DNA of 64,000 bases from Promethearchaeati archaeon SRVP18_Atabeyarchaeia-1 (GTDB lineage: Archaea > Asgardarchaeota > Atabeyarchaeia > Atabeyarchaeales > Atabeyarchaeaceae): assembly GCA_037308085.1 (NCBI GenBank), contig CP147779.1, positions 384,001 through 448,000 of the forward strand. The letters run 5' to 3'. Position numbers and translations under genes: made by a program. The notes beneath the pieces are model-generated. The model made no database searches. It was not told the DNA's origin and was given only the letters and a program-made list of their open reading frames with translations. This document shows, in pieces, positions 49,717-59,674 of this stretch (the first letter of the stretch is position 1; each line of letters opens with the position of its first letter).

Positions 49717-50334
49717 GTGGACTCCGTGAGAATCCTGCGCCTATCATGGAAACAAATCGACGAAGCATGTAGGATCGTGTCTAGTAGAATACTAGCCAGC
49801 AATTTCAAACCAGATCTGTGCGTTGCAATCAGCAGAGGCGGATTCATACCTGCCCGCCTCATGTGTGATCTGCTCGGCATTAGTAATCTTGCCTGCATCA
49901 AGATCGAATACTACTCTGGAATGAACGTTAAGCTGCCCATACCGGTAATAGCGTACCATTTGAGTGCAAATGCGAAGGGCAAGAGAATACTGTTAGCCGA
50001 TGATGTGGCCGACAGCGGCAATACGTTGATGGTTGCCAGAAAACATATGCAGGAGGCTGGAGCGAAAGAAACTCGAGTCGCGACCCTGCATTACAAGCCG
50101 TGGAGCAAAATAAGGCCCGACTACTACTCCCGCGAACTAAGGACATGGATCGTGTATCCTTGGGAAGTCTCTGAGACGATCAGAAACATGTTCTCGGACC
50201 TTCTGCGAGAGGGAAAGGATATTAGTGACGCAAAGAAACAACTATCGAGAATTGGTTTTGCTGAGAAGGAAGTCCGAATGGCACTAAGCAGCAAATCGAT
50301 TTCGGTAAGCCACAGCGGAGGACAGCGATCTTGA
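49717..50334 (+). CDS. Purine phosphoribosyltransferase (type I PRT)
   Basis: ISRGG, LLADDVADSGNT, WIVYPWE. Confidence 0.88.
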   Translation: MDSVRILRLSWKQIDEACRIVSSRILASNFKPDLCVAISRGGFIPARLMCDLLGISNLACIKIEYYSGMNVKLPIPVIAYHLSANAKGKRILLADDVADSGNTLMVARKHMQEAGAKETRVATLHYKPWSKIRPDYYSRELRTWIVYPWEVSETIRNMFSDLLREGKDISDAKKQLSRIGFAEKEVRMALSSKSISVSHSGGQRS

Positions 50335-50936
50335 AGCTGATCCCGATTGCCCAGGAAGGAGAGGAAACCCCCGAGTATCACATAGCGATAGGCGGATTCA
50401 GAGATTGCCCCATGGATGTCCGCATGGAAGGCCTCCTCGAGAGTGTGAAAGCGATCGAGAACAGTCAGACCATACTTGCTGTGCAGCTTTTCGATGCCGA
50501 GAGGGTTACCACTCATCTTCACCTCTTGGTAAGCGCGATTTATGCCCTTCATGCCTTCAGGAATTCTAGGAATATCTCAAACACGCTGGGTACAGAGACG
50601 TTACTATACTCATCCGCGCAGCGCCAGATAACAGAGGCTATTGAGAAGATGGGAGTGAATGCGGAATCCACGAATCTGGCAGCCTTAGTCATAAGCCTGA
50701 AGGCTGATGCAACAATTGGAGCCTTCACCAGAATCAGCAACGCAATCGGTGGAGCACTGGACGACACAGTGCTGAATATCAATGAACCCAGGAAACTGCA
50801 GACAATCAGGAGAACCTTCAAGATAGGAGATGAAGAACTGGAATCGGCGATAATAGGGATTTCTTGGCCGGATGTTGAATCAGCAATAACCAAGAGAGTC
50901 TTGAGCAGAATATCAATGATGGCGATTTCTAAGTGA
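50331..50936 (+). CDS. cgi121: KEOPS subunit Cgi121
   Basis: QLFDA, HL, ETLLYSSAQRQITEAIEKMG. Confidence 0.85.
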   Translation: MKLIPIAQEGEETPEYHIAIGGFRDCPMDVRMEGLLESVKAIENSQTILAVQLFDAERVTTHLHLLVSAIYALHAFRNSRNISNTLGTETLLYSSAQRQITEAIEKMGVNAESTNLAALVISLKADATIGAFTRISNAIGGALDDTVLNINEPRKLQTIRRTFKIGDEELESAIIGISWPDVESAITKRVLSRISMMAISK

Positions 50937-50965
50937 ACCTGTCAGACTGTAGTTCCCAATGATGT

Positions 50966-51499
50966 TCATGGTGCCGCTAGGGAAAGAACATCGTGACACT
51001 GAAGCACCACAAGGCCAGTTCGCTCACCTATTATCTCGATTTGCAGAACCTTGTCAGGATTCTCCAAGTCGACCTTCCTCTCAATCAAGACCGCCATCGA
51101 TTTGATTATTTCTTGGCAGTGTAGTTGGGAATGTCTCTTGTTACACGTAATTCTGAAGGTGTCTTCCGCAGCTATCTTTGGAATGATCTTCTTTGAGGCT
51201 TCAACTATCAGCTCAAGTTTGGTCGGAACGACTACGTCAACCGGAGTATACTTTAATGTGTACTGGAACCGCCAGGGATCCGCAACCGCGATGATCCTCA
51301 ACTTCTCGATTACCTTTCTAGGATCGAGCGAAGTCTCGGCAACCAGCAGGCTTCTAATTCCTATGACTTCAGCTTCAACACTCTCGTCACCCGCAACATG
51401 TCCGATCAGGTCTTCAACTTCAAGAGCGGCATTGCGTTCCCTGTCTCGGATACAGGAAACGAGCAAGTTAAAACTCCTCACACCGTTTGACAATGCCAT
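50966..51499 (-). CDS. THUMP-domain RNA-binding protein
   Basis: FNLLVS, TFRITCNKRH, VDLENPDKVLQIEIIG. Confidence 0.85.
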   Translation of the reverse strand: MALSNGVRSFNLLVSCIRDRERNAALEVEDLIGHVAGDESVEAEVIGIRSLLVAETSLDPRKVIEKLRIIAVADPWRFQYTLKYTPVDVVVPTKLELIVEASKKIIPKIAAEDTFRITCNKRHSQLHCQEIIKSMAVLIERKVDLENPDKVLQIEIIGERTGLVVLQCHDVLSLAAP

Positions 51500-51595
51500 G
51501 GGTCAAGCCCACCTTGCTTCGGCGCCCTGCAGCTAAAGAGAAAACCTCTACACGAGAGCCTATGAACAAGGTGTCGAGTTCGCTTAAGAACTGTC

Positions 51596-51739
51596 TTATT
51601 GCGCCTTGACCTTCTTCACGATTGGGGGTCTCACCTTGTACAGAACGCGGTATCCGCAGTACGGGCATTTCACTCCTGGAAGTGATTCGAGGCCTTGCAG
51701 TGAGACAGTTTTGCCGCATTTTCCACATGCGTATGGCAT
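51596..51739 (-). CDS. rpoP: DNA-directed RNA polymerase subunit P (Rpo12); absent from the ORF track (47 aa)
   Basis: Hand translation MPYACGKCGKTVSLQGLESLPGVKCPYCGYRVLYKVRPPIVKKVKAQ: zinc ribbon plus RxLxKxRP. Confidence 0.93.
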   Translation of the reverse strand: MPYACGKCGKTVSLQGLESLPGVKCPYCGYRVLYKVRPPIVKKVKAQ

Positions 51740-51797
51740 TTCGTACACCTTTCAAACTAGTCGCGGAATTAGGAGAGGAAATAACTCGCGTCTTTGG

Positions 51798-53453
51798 TTA
51801 AGGTGCTTCGCCCTCAACCAAGCGATCAGACAACACTCCCGTTATTTTAACCTTTAGCCTCTCACCCTCTCGATTGAACTTGTTTGGCAACAACACGACT
51901 GGGCCTTCAGAAACAGGGTAAGCGATCGTTCCTTTTCTTCTGGCCTCCCTCACCGATCCAGAAGCCACCACGTCCAACGTCTTGCCTAAGAGTCTGAACT
52001 TGGACGCCACGTTCAGCTTGCGAGCTGCCTTTTCGATCTTCCTGCTGTTCTTGTCCCTTTTCGCTGGCGGAGCGGGGGGAAATTCGGCGAAGGCTGACAG
52101 GGGAAGAGGTTTGAACTTGTAGATGGTAAGCTTCTCCACGTTTGCATTGACCATTTCCCTCATCAGGTCGACTGTTTCCCTCGCGGTTTCGGCTGTCTGT
52201 CCAGGCAGACCATGAATGAAATACACGTACGGCCTAAGACCGTGTCGCGAGGCGGTCTTGGCAGCCGCTAGAGTCTGCGATGGTGTTGAGGGACGCCCTA
52301 GTTTAGCAGAATGTTCCTCTGATCCTGTCTCACAGCCTAGGTGAATTGTTGAACCTGGCAGGTATTCTGCGATTATCGACGCGACTTCATCGTTGAACAA
52401 GCAGGGCTTAATGTTTTCCACGGAGATGTAGACGTAGTCTTTCTCTGAAATGTTGAGTTTCTGCTGGATCGATGACAGTCTGGAAAGGAGACCGTCAATC
52501 TCGCTCGTGTTGGGATGAGGGTAACGCGGGTCAGTTAGGGGACCGGTAGCGACCAATTTCTCCCGCTGATAATCCAAGAAATCGCTCGCGGAGAGGACTA
52601 TCCTTCTTATTCCCGCTCTTACCAGTTCAGTCACTTCCTCAGCTATCTTGCCCCTGTCCCTGCTCCGAGGATAACCATATAGACTTGGAACAGCGCAGAA
52701 ACCACATCCCGGAGGAATATCCACTGGGCACTGAATCCTATCCTCCAACTTGCCTTCCCGGCATTTCCCGCATTCCAAGCATTTCCTTCCGCTCGGGAGT
52801 GGGATCGATGTCCTTAGGAAGTTTGAGCATCCGCGGACAACCTCAACATAGAACTTGAGCGCTCGATAGGCGGGATAGTCTTTGACGCAATTGGTCGACG
52901 AGCAATATTTGTCGAGCAATTCATGTTCATCGGCGTAGCTTTTTTGAGAATATTCAGAAAATAGTGGTCGGGTATGGCTCTCTATTCCCGCTTTGTGTGC
53001 TACCCCGTTTGAGATAATTGTCTGCCTGAACTTCATCGGCAACGAGCCATTTCCAAGTCCGCTCTGCAGTAGCGCTAGAAGACTGTTCTCACCTTCGCCT
53101 GAGACAACCACATCATACCCAGAGGCCAATAGATCTTCTGGTTCGCTTGCTATTGGTCCTCCTATTATTGCGGGTTTGCCCCCATGGCGCTTCCGCCACG
53201 CGCTAACTATTCTATGCGCCGCATCCTTATCAAGAGACATTGCACTCACCATCAATAAGTCGGAATCATCCGCCAAGCTGGGCTTACTAATCAGATCTTC
53301 GGCAAGGAACACCCTCACTGCTAAGCCCTTGGATTCCAGAACACCAGCAATCCGGCGCGGTCCACAGCCAATGGCATCTTTGGAGGAATATCTGACTTCA
53401 CTACCCGAACCTAGGGCATCAACGATGGCAACACGGCAGACCTCTTTGCTCAT
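51798..53453 (-). CDS. B12-binding radical SAM protein with C-terminal TRAM-like domain
   Basis: DAIGCGPR, EVVRGCSNF...GCGFCAVP, GCETGS, YFIHGLPGQ. Confidence 0.85.
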   Translation of the reverse strand: MSKEVCRVAIVDALGSGSEVRYSSKDAIGCGPRRIAGVLESKGLAVRVFLAEDLISKPSLADDSDLLMVSAMSLDKDAAHRIVSAWRKRHGGKPAIIGGPIASEPEDLLASGYDVVVSGEGENSLLALLQSGLGNGSLPMKFRQTIISNGVAHKAGIESHTRPLFSEYSQKSYADEHELLDKYCSSTNCVKDYPAYRALKFYVEVVRGCSNFLRTSIPLPSGRKCLECGKCREGKLEDRIQCPVDIPPGCGFCAVPSLYGYPRSRDRGKIAEEVTELVRAGIRRIVLSASDFLDYQREKLVATGPLTDPRYPHPNTSEIDGLLSRLSSIQQKLNISEKDYVYISVENIKPCLFNDEVASIIAEYLPGSTIHLGCETGSEEHSAKLGRPSTPSQTLAAAKTASRHGLRPYVYFIHGLPGQTAETARETVDLMREMVNANVEKLTIYKFKPLPLSAFAEFPPAPPAKRDKNSRKIEKAARKLNVASKFRLLGKTLDVVASGSVREARRKGTIAYPVSEGPVVLLPNKFNREGERLKVKITGVLSDRLVEGEAP

Positions 53454-53596
53454 ATCTCATCGCTACGCATTTCTCTTGTCAGCTGAGGGCATTCCAACCT
53501 CGTAATTGGAAAATGCTTAAATATTCTTTAGAAGAGATATCTTTCATAGAATGTGTATTTGAGGATTTGTAGCTTAATAATAGGTCGATTAACTTT

Positions 53597-53905
53597 ATGG
53601 CCGAAATTTGCCCCACATGTGGCCTGCCCAAAGATCTTTGCGTTTGCCAAGAAATAGTGAAAGAGGAGCAAAGAATTAAGATTCGCGTTGAGAGAAGGAA
53701 GTGGCACAAGGAAGTAACTGTGATTGAGGGTATAAATGAAAAAGACGTCAACCTGCATGAGTTGTCCACGAAGCTAAAGAACAAGTGTGCCTGTGGCGGA
53801 ACAGCAAAGAATGGAAGAATAGAGCTACAGGGAGATCACAAGGACAACGTGAAAAGGTTTCTTGTGCAGCTTGGTTTTCCTGATCATAATATCGATGTCC
53901 AATAA
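53597..53905 (+). CDS. Translation initiation factor aIF1 (SUI1 family)
   Basis: CPTCGLPKDLCVC, LKNKCACGGT, IELQGDH. Confidence 0.95.
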   Translation: MAEICPTCGLPKDLCVCQEIVKEEQRIKIRVERRKWHKEVTVIEGINEKDVNLHELSTKLKNKCACGGTAKNGRIELQGDHKDNVKRFLVQLGFPDHNIDVQ

Positions 53906-54098
53906 CGCGCCTAGTCTTCCTTACGGTTTCAGCTTCAATGCATCAGCGGCAGGCAATGAAGAAATTCTGCGCGTATCGTCCTCAGTGATTGCTGGATGGA
54001 GCGCCAAAGCAAGGCGCCATCTTGCTCATTCACTTTTTTGTTGATTTCTCCTCCCGATCATGAATTCAATTGACCACAAGCTATATTTGAGTATCTGA

Positions 54099-55166
<1,068 letters not shown>

Positions 55167-55281
55167 CTGGCAACTTACACAACCGAATCATATCCTTAAA
55201 TAGGATATTCATACTATTCCGAATGAGAGAGGAAACTTACGGAATCATCGGTACAGCTTCATAAACTAGGGGTGTTAGTCC

Positions 55282-56466
55282 ATGTATCTGATTGGTGAGG
55301 CTCTCGTAGGCGAGGGAGATGAGCTAGCTCACATCGACCTCGTCATCGGCGACAAGAGTGGACCCGTAGGGCAGGCTTTCGCCAATGGTTTGTCACAGCT
55401 CTCCGCAGGTCACACTCCCGTGCTGGCGGTAATTCGCCCGAATTTACCTTCAAAACCGTTCACTTTGGTAGTTCCAAAGGTGACGGTAAAGGACATGGAA
55501 GAAGCTAACAGAATATTCGGCCCTGCTCAAGCTGCAGTCGCCAAGGCCGTCGCTGACTCCGTCGAGGAAGGGGTATTCCCCAAGGACAGCATAGAGGACT
55601 TGGTTGTTATAGCCTCCGTCTTTGTCTCGACGAAAGCCACCGATTACAGGAAGATCTACCACTACAATTATAGTGCCACAAAACTGGCCTTGAAGAGAGC
55701 ACTAACAGGGTACCCTGGCTTGGACAAGATCATGTATGAGAAAGACAGAGCCAAGCACCCGATAATGGGGTTCAGGGTTCCCAGACTCTGGAGACCGCCC
55801 TACCTCCAGATCGCATTGGACATTCCAGACCTCCAAAGAACACTCAAGATCATTGATGCCGTCCCCACGAGTGACAGAATAATACTTGAGGCCGGCACTC
55901 CGCTGCTCAAGAAGTACGGGACAAACGTCATAAAAGACCTAAGAGAAGTGGCCAAGGACATTTTCATCGTGGCTGATCTCAAGACTCTGGACGTTGGCAA
56001 GGTTGAGGTGGACATCGCATATGACCAGACAGCTGACGCCGTTGTCGCGTCCGGCCTGGCGGCCGCTGTGACCCTTGACGCGTTCATATACGAGGCAAAA
56101 AGGCTCGGCATCTATGCAATGCTGGACATGATGAACGTCGACGATCCAATAAAGAAACTGTCCTCCTTGAAGGAACTGCCCGACATCGTGATACTCCACC
56201 GATCAATAGACGTTGAAAGAGCCGGCGGGGAAGGCGCTTGGAACGTGAAGGAGCTCAAGGACGCCTTCAAAGGAAAGAAGATGCTGGTGGCTGTCGCTGG
56301 CGGAATCACTCCCGATAAAGTCTCAATGGGGTTGAAGCAAGGGGCCGACATACTGATAGTAGGAAGATACATAACACAATCCAAGGATGTCGAACGCGCC
56401 GTAAGAGAGTTCATCGTGAAACTCCCGGAGTCTGAGGTCGATCTACTGCGAGAACATGTTGAGTGA
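55282..56466 (+). CDS. fae-hps: Bifunctional formaldehyde-activating enzyme / 3-hexulose-6-phosphate synthase
   Basis: [15 protein letters not shown] and [12 protein letters not shown] (Fae); [27 protein letters not shown] (Hps). Confidence 0.93.
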   Translation: MYLIGEALVGEGDELAHIDLVIGDKSGPVGQAFANGLSQLSAGHTPVLAVIRPNLPSKPFTLVVPKVTVKDMEEANRIFGPAQAAVAKAVADSVEEGVFPKDSIEDLVVIASVFVSTKATDYRKIYHYNYSATKLALKRALTGYPGLDKIMYEKDRAKHPIMGFRVPRLWRPPYLQIALDIPDLQRTLKIIDAVPTSDRIILEAGTPLLKKYGTNVIKDLREVAKDIFIVADLKTLDVGKVEVDIAYDQTADAVVASGLAAAVTLDAFIYEAKRLGIYAMLDMMNVDDPIKKLSSLKELPDIVILHRSIDVERAGGEGAWNVKELKDAFKGKKMLVAVAGGITPDKVSMGLKQGADILIVGRYITQSKDVERAVREFIVKLPESEVDLLREHVE

Positions 56467-56577
56467 TCTCTGAACCGTCTCTCCCCTATTTGGCAGGTCC
56501 ACCATCTCGCTCTTGCCTTTGAACAGCCATAGACCAGCGCAATGCGCTGCCTTTTATTTGGTTGAGAACCCACGCTG

Positions 56578-57036
56578 CTACTTGGGAGAGAACTCCTCCA
56601 CCCACCGTTCTACGGTTTCTCCAGTCTCCTTGTCGACGAGGTGCTCTTTCTTGAAGAATGGCGCCTCGTGTTTATATCTCTCGACGGCCTCCCTGAGAAC
56701 CTTGAATATTTCGTTTCGGTGTGCGCCCGCGACAATGACGTACACCAAGTCGTCACCTGGCTCGAATTCGCCTAAGATGTGGTAGATTCTCACATCAGCA
56801 ATTCCTTCTCCTTTTGCCAACTCGGTGCATATCGTTGACAGCACGGACTCGGCTTTCTCCTCATATGAGTCCACCTCCATCCGCACGACCCTGTGCCCCT
56901 CCAAGCTTCTGCCCCTGACCACACCTATGAAAACCCCAATTCCCCCTGCCAACCGAAATTCTGAGGAATTCCTTACATCCTGCAACACATCTGCAAAGGA
57001 GAGCTCGCCCTTTTTGTAAATGCCAGCGTGCTTCAA
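56578..57036 (-). CDS. moaE: Molybdopterin synthase catalytic subunit
   Basis: GGIGVFIGVVR, YH..G, AHR, KHEAPFFKKE. Confidence 0.9.
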   Translation of the reverse strand: MKHAGIYKKGELSFADVLQDVRNSSEFRLAGGIGVFIGVVRGRSLEGHRVVRMEVDSYEEKAESVLSTICTELAKGEGIADVRIYHILGEFEPGDDLVYVIVAGAHRNEIFKVLREAVERYKHEAPFFKKEHLVDKETGETVERWVEEFSPK

Positions 57037-57263
57037 ACACAAACCCCCTTACGAAACGGGATAGGCACGACGCAGCCTCAGGGCCTTAGCAACCCATGCC
57101 TACATTTGAACGCATACCCTTACTGCTTGTACCTGCCACTTGCAGTCAACTTCGTTAGTGAGCTAGTCAACCCTTTGAGAGCGCTTGAAGGAAATAAACT
57201 CATTCCAAGTTTAGCGATTTTTTTAAATAGGCAGAACTCCTTACACTCGACATGATTTAAAGT

Positions 57264-57438
57264 GCAGGGGTAGCCAAGCCGGTCAAACAAGGTGGTCTGG
57301 ACCCAAGGCGGTGGACTCAAGATCCACTCTCGAAATGAGTGACAACTAGTTCTGGCGTTCTGGATTCACCACGAGAAGGAGTTCGAGGGTTCGAATATCC
57401 CCCTAAAAATGGGATTGGAAGTCCCTCCCCCTGCACCA
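57264..57438 (+). tRNA. tRNA-Leu(CAA) with three BHB introns: 57287-57305 (D loop), 57335-57377 (variable-arm loop), 57396-57421 (T loop, 59/60); CCA encoded
   Basis: Spliced product GCAGGGG TA GCC AAGCCGGTCAAA GGC G GTGGA CTCAAGA TCCAC TCTCGAAGGAGTTC GAGGG TTCGAAT CCCTC CCCCTGC A CCA folds as a canonical Leu tRNA. Confidence 0.92.
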
Positions 57439-57554
57439 TTCTAGCCAAGAGCTGTCGCCTTGGATTGTCAAAGACTCTTGATGAGATAAGGATCCGCGCA
57501 GGTGTCGCTCGCGTGTGCATGCCAACAAAAAGTGAGTGAAAGCCCGTTGTCCGC

Positions 57555-58235
57555 CTAGCCTGATTCCACTACCGTTCCGATCTTGGCTCCACTTACCGCG
57601 GCCAAGAGGTTCTCGGGCTTGAGTCCACTGACCACTATCACCTTGGCGCTCTGGCTCTCCAATATCCTAATGGATTCGGGATCGAGTATGTCGTGCATCC
57701 CTGGCATGTGCGCCTTCTGTGATACTATCTTGTGCAAATCGCTGTAAGTCAATCTATCAATCTTTCTGGCGTCAGGGTTCTTTCTGGGATCCTTATTGTA
57801 GATGCCTTCTTGGTCCGTCGCCTTCACCAAGAACTTTGATTTGACTGATTCCAATACAATCGCTGCAACCGTGTCTGTTGTGATCCCTGGTCTCAGTCCA
57901 CCCATGACGGCTATCTTTCCAGCAGCGAGAAGCGTGCTAACTTCCTCGGTGGTGGAGGGGATGTTGCCGGAACCATATTTCCCCAGCGCACCTGCAAGCA
58001 ACCTAGCGTTTAGCCTCGAGACCAGAATAGCGATTTCATCTTTGTCATTGTCAGACAACCCGATTCCTTCGGCAATTGATATGAACTCCCTAGCCACTTT
58101 ACCTCCTCCCACCACAACCACTACCTCGTGCCCTTTGTCTTTGACTGATCTCAAGGCTTTGGAGTACTGAACAATCCGCTCTGCGTCCAGAGGAGAAGCA
58201 ATCACGGAGCCACCGATCTTGAACACGATCCTCAT
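57555..58235 (-). CDS. pyrH: Uridylate kinase
   Basis: KIGGS, VVGGG, PGITTD.VAA, GIYNKDP. Confidence 0.93.
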   Translation of the reverse strand: MRIVFKIGGSVIASPLDAERIVQYSKALRSVKDKGHEVVVVVGGGKVAREFISIAEGIGLSDNDKDEIAILVSRLNARLLAGALGKYGSGNIPSTTEEVSTLLAAGKIAVMGGLRPGITTDTVAAIVLESVKSKFLVKATDQEGIYNKDPRKNPDARKIDRLTYSDLHKIVSQKAHMPGMHDILDPESIRILESQSAKVIVVSGLKPENLLAAVSGAKIGTVVESG

Positions 58236-58372
58236 TTCATCAACACCGACTGAGAAGTCACTCAAGAAAGTTAATTAACTTGTTTACTAACTGGTATTTG
58301 AATTGTCACTCTGGCAGCGACATTATGCATCGCCCATGAAATGGCAGCCTTAAACCCAGGGGAACGTTCAGA

Positions 58373-59626
58373 ATGTCAAAGTACGATTCATTTGAGAGGT
58401 TTAGACTCGAGAGGGAACTGCAGGCGCTCTCCAATAAGCATGGCTTCCATACAGAACTAATCTCCCTCTACGTTCCTCCAGGAAAGCAGCTGAGTGAAGT
58501 AACCAACAACTTGAAGCAGGAGTATGGAACATCTGCCAACATAAAATCCAAATCCACGCGCCAACACGTGCTGGATGCAATAACAATGATTACGCAGAGG
58601 CTGAAGATGATCAAAGGCGTACCAGAAAACGGCTTGGCAATATTCTGTGGCGCAATTCCTCAAAATGGGCAAGGAAGCGAGAAGATGGAATTGTACTCCA
58701 TAGTGCCTCCAGAACCCGTGCATATATACCTGTACCGATGCGACAGCAAGTTCCACACAGATCCCCTCAAGGACATGCTCAAGGAGCAGGCGACATACGG
58801 CATCATTATCATAGATCGAAGTGAGTCAACCATAGCCAAGCTCACAGGCAAACACCTCGAAATAATCAAGAGATCAACCTCCGGGGTTCCCAGCAAGCAC
58901 ACAGCTGGAGGCCAATCCCAAAGAAGATTTGAGAGGTTGATAGAGCAGGCAGCGCACGAATTCTACAAAAGAGCAGGCGATCACGCAAATGAAATATTCC
59001 TGAACATGCCTAACCTCAAGGGAATCCTGATCGGCGGGGCCGGCCCCTCCAAAGAGAAATTCGCTGAAGGCGGGTACTTGAATTACCAGGTGCAGCAAAA
59101 AATACTGGGCGTAATTGACATAGGCTATTCCGGAGAAGAGGGCATAGAAGAACTGATCGAGAACTCGAGCGACATGCTGAAGGGCGTGCGGTACACCGAA
59201 GAGAAGAAGCTCGTGCAGAGATTCCTAGAGCATCTGGCAAAGGAAACGGGAATTGTTGCCTACGGGGAAAAGGAGGTTAGGGAACTGCTCAACCAGAGCG
59301 CCGTGGATACACTCCTCTTGTCGGAGGCGCTGGACACCATAAGAGTGAAAATTAGCTGCAACAGCTGCGATTACAGGAAAGAGGAAACGATCCGCAGATC
59401 CGACTTGGACCAGATACAGCAAACAACACAGAATTCACTTTGCCCAAAATGCAGCTCTCCAGTGGCCATAGCAGAAATCAAGCCGACCATAGACGACCTC
59501 GGAGAGCTGGCAGAGAAAACCAACGCCAAGGTTGAGATCATATCAACTGAGACTGAGGAAGGCCAAGAGTTGAAAGCCGCATTCGGCGGAGTTGCCGCCA
59601 TCCTGCGGTACAGCGTAAACAGATGA
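58373..59626 (+). CDS. prf1: Peptide chain release factor aRF1
   Basis: NIKS, YRCD, GGQS, FGGVAAILRY; CxxC zinc-finger insert. Confidence 0.97.
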   Translation: MSKYDSFERFRLERELQALSNKHGFHTELISLYVPPGKQLSEVTNNLKQEYGTSANIKSKSTRQHVLDAITMITQRLKMIKGVPENGLAIFCGAIPQNGQGSEKMELYSIVPPEPVHIYLYRCDSKFHTDPLKDMLKEQATYGIIIIDRSESTIAKLTGKHLEIIKRSTSGVPSKHTAGGQSQRRFERLIEQAAHEFYKRAGDHANEIFLNMPNLKGILIGGAGPSKEKFAEGGYLNYQVQQKILGVIDIGYSGEEGIEELIENSSDMLKGVRYTEEKKLVQRFLEHLAKETGIVAYGEKEVRELLNQSAVDTLLLSEALDTIRVKISCNSCDYRKEETIRRSDLDQIQQTTQNSLCPKCSSPVAIAEIKPTIDDLGELAEKTNAKVEIISTETEEGQELKAAFGGVAAILRYSVNR

Positions 59627-59674
59627 TCCGCCAGCCTTAGCCGCTCACTAATCACTTTCTTCTGAGGTGATCAA

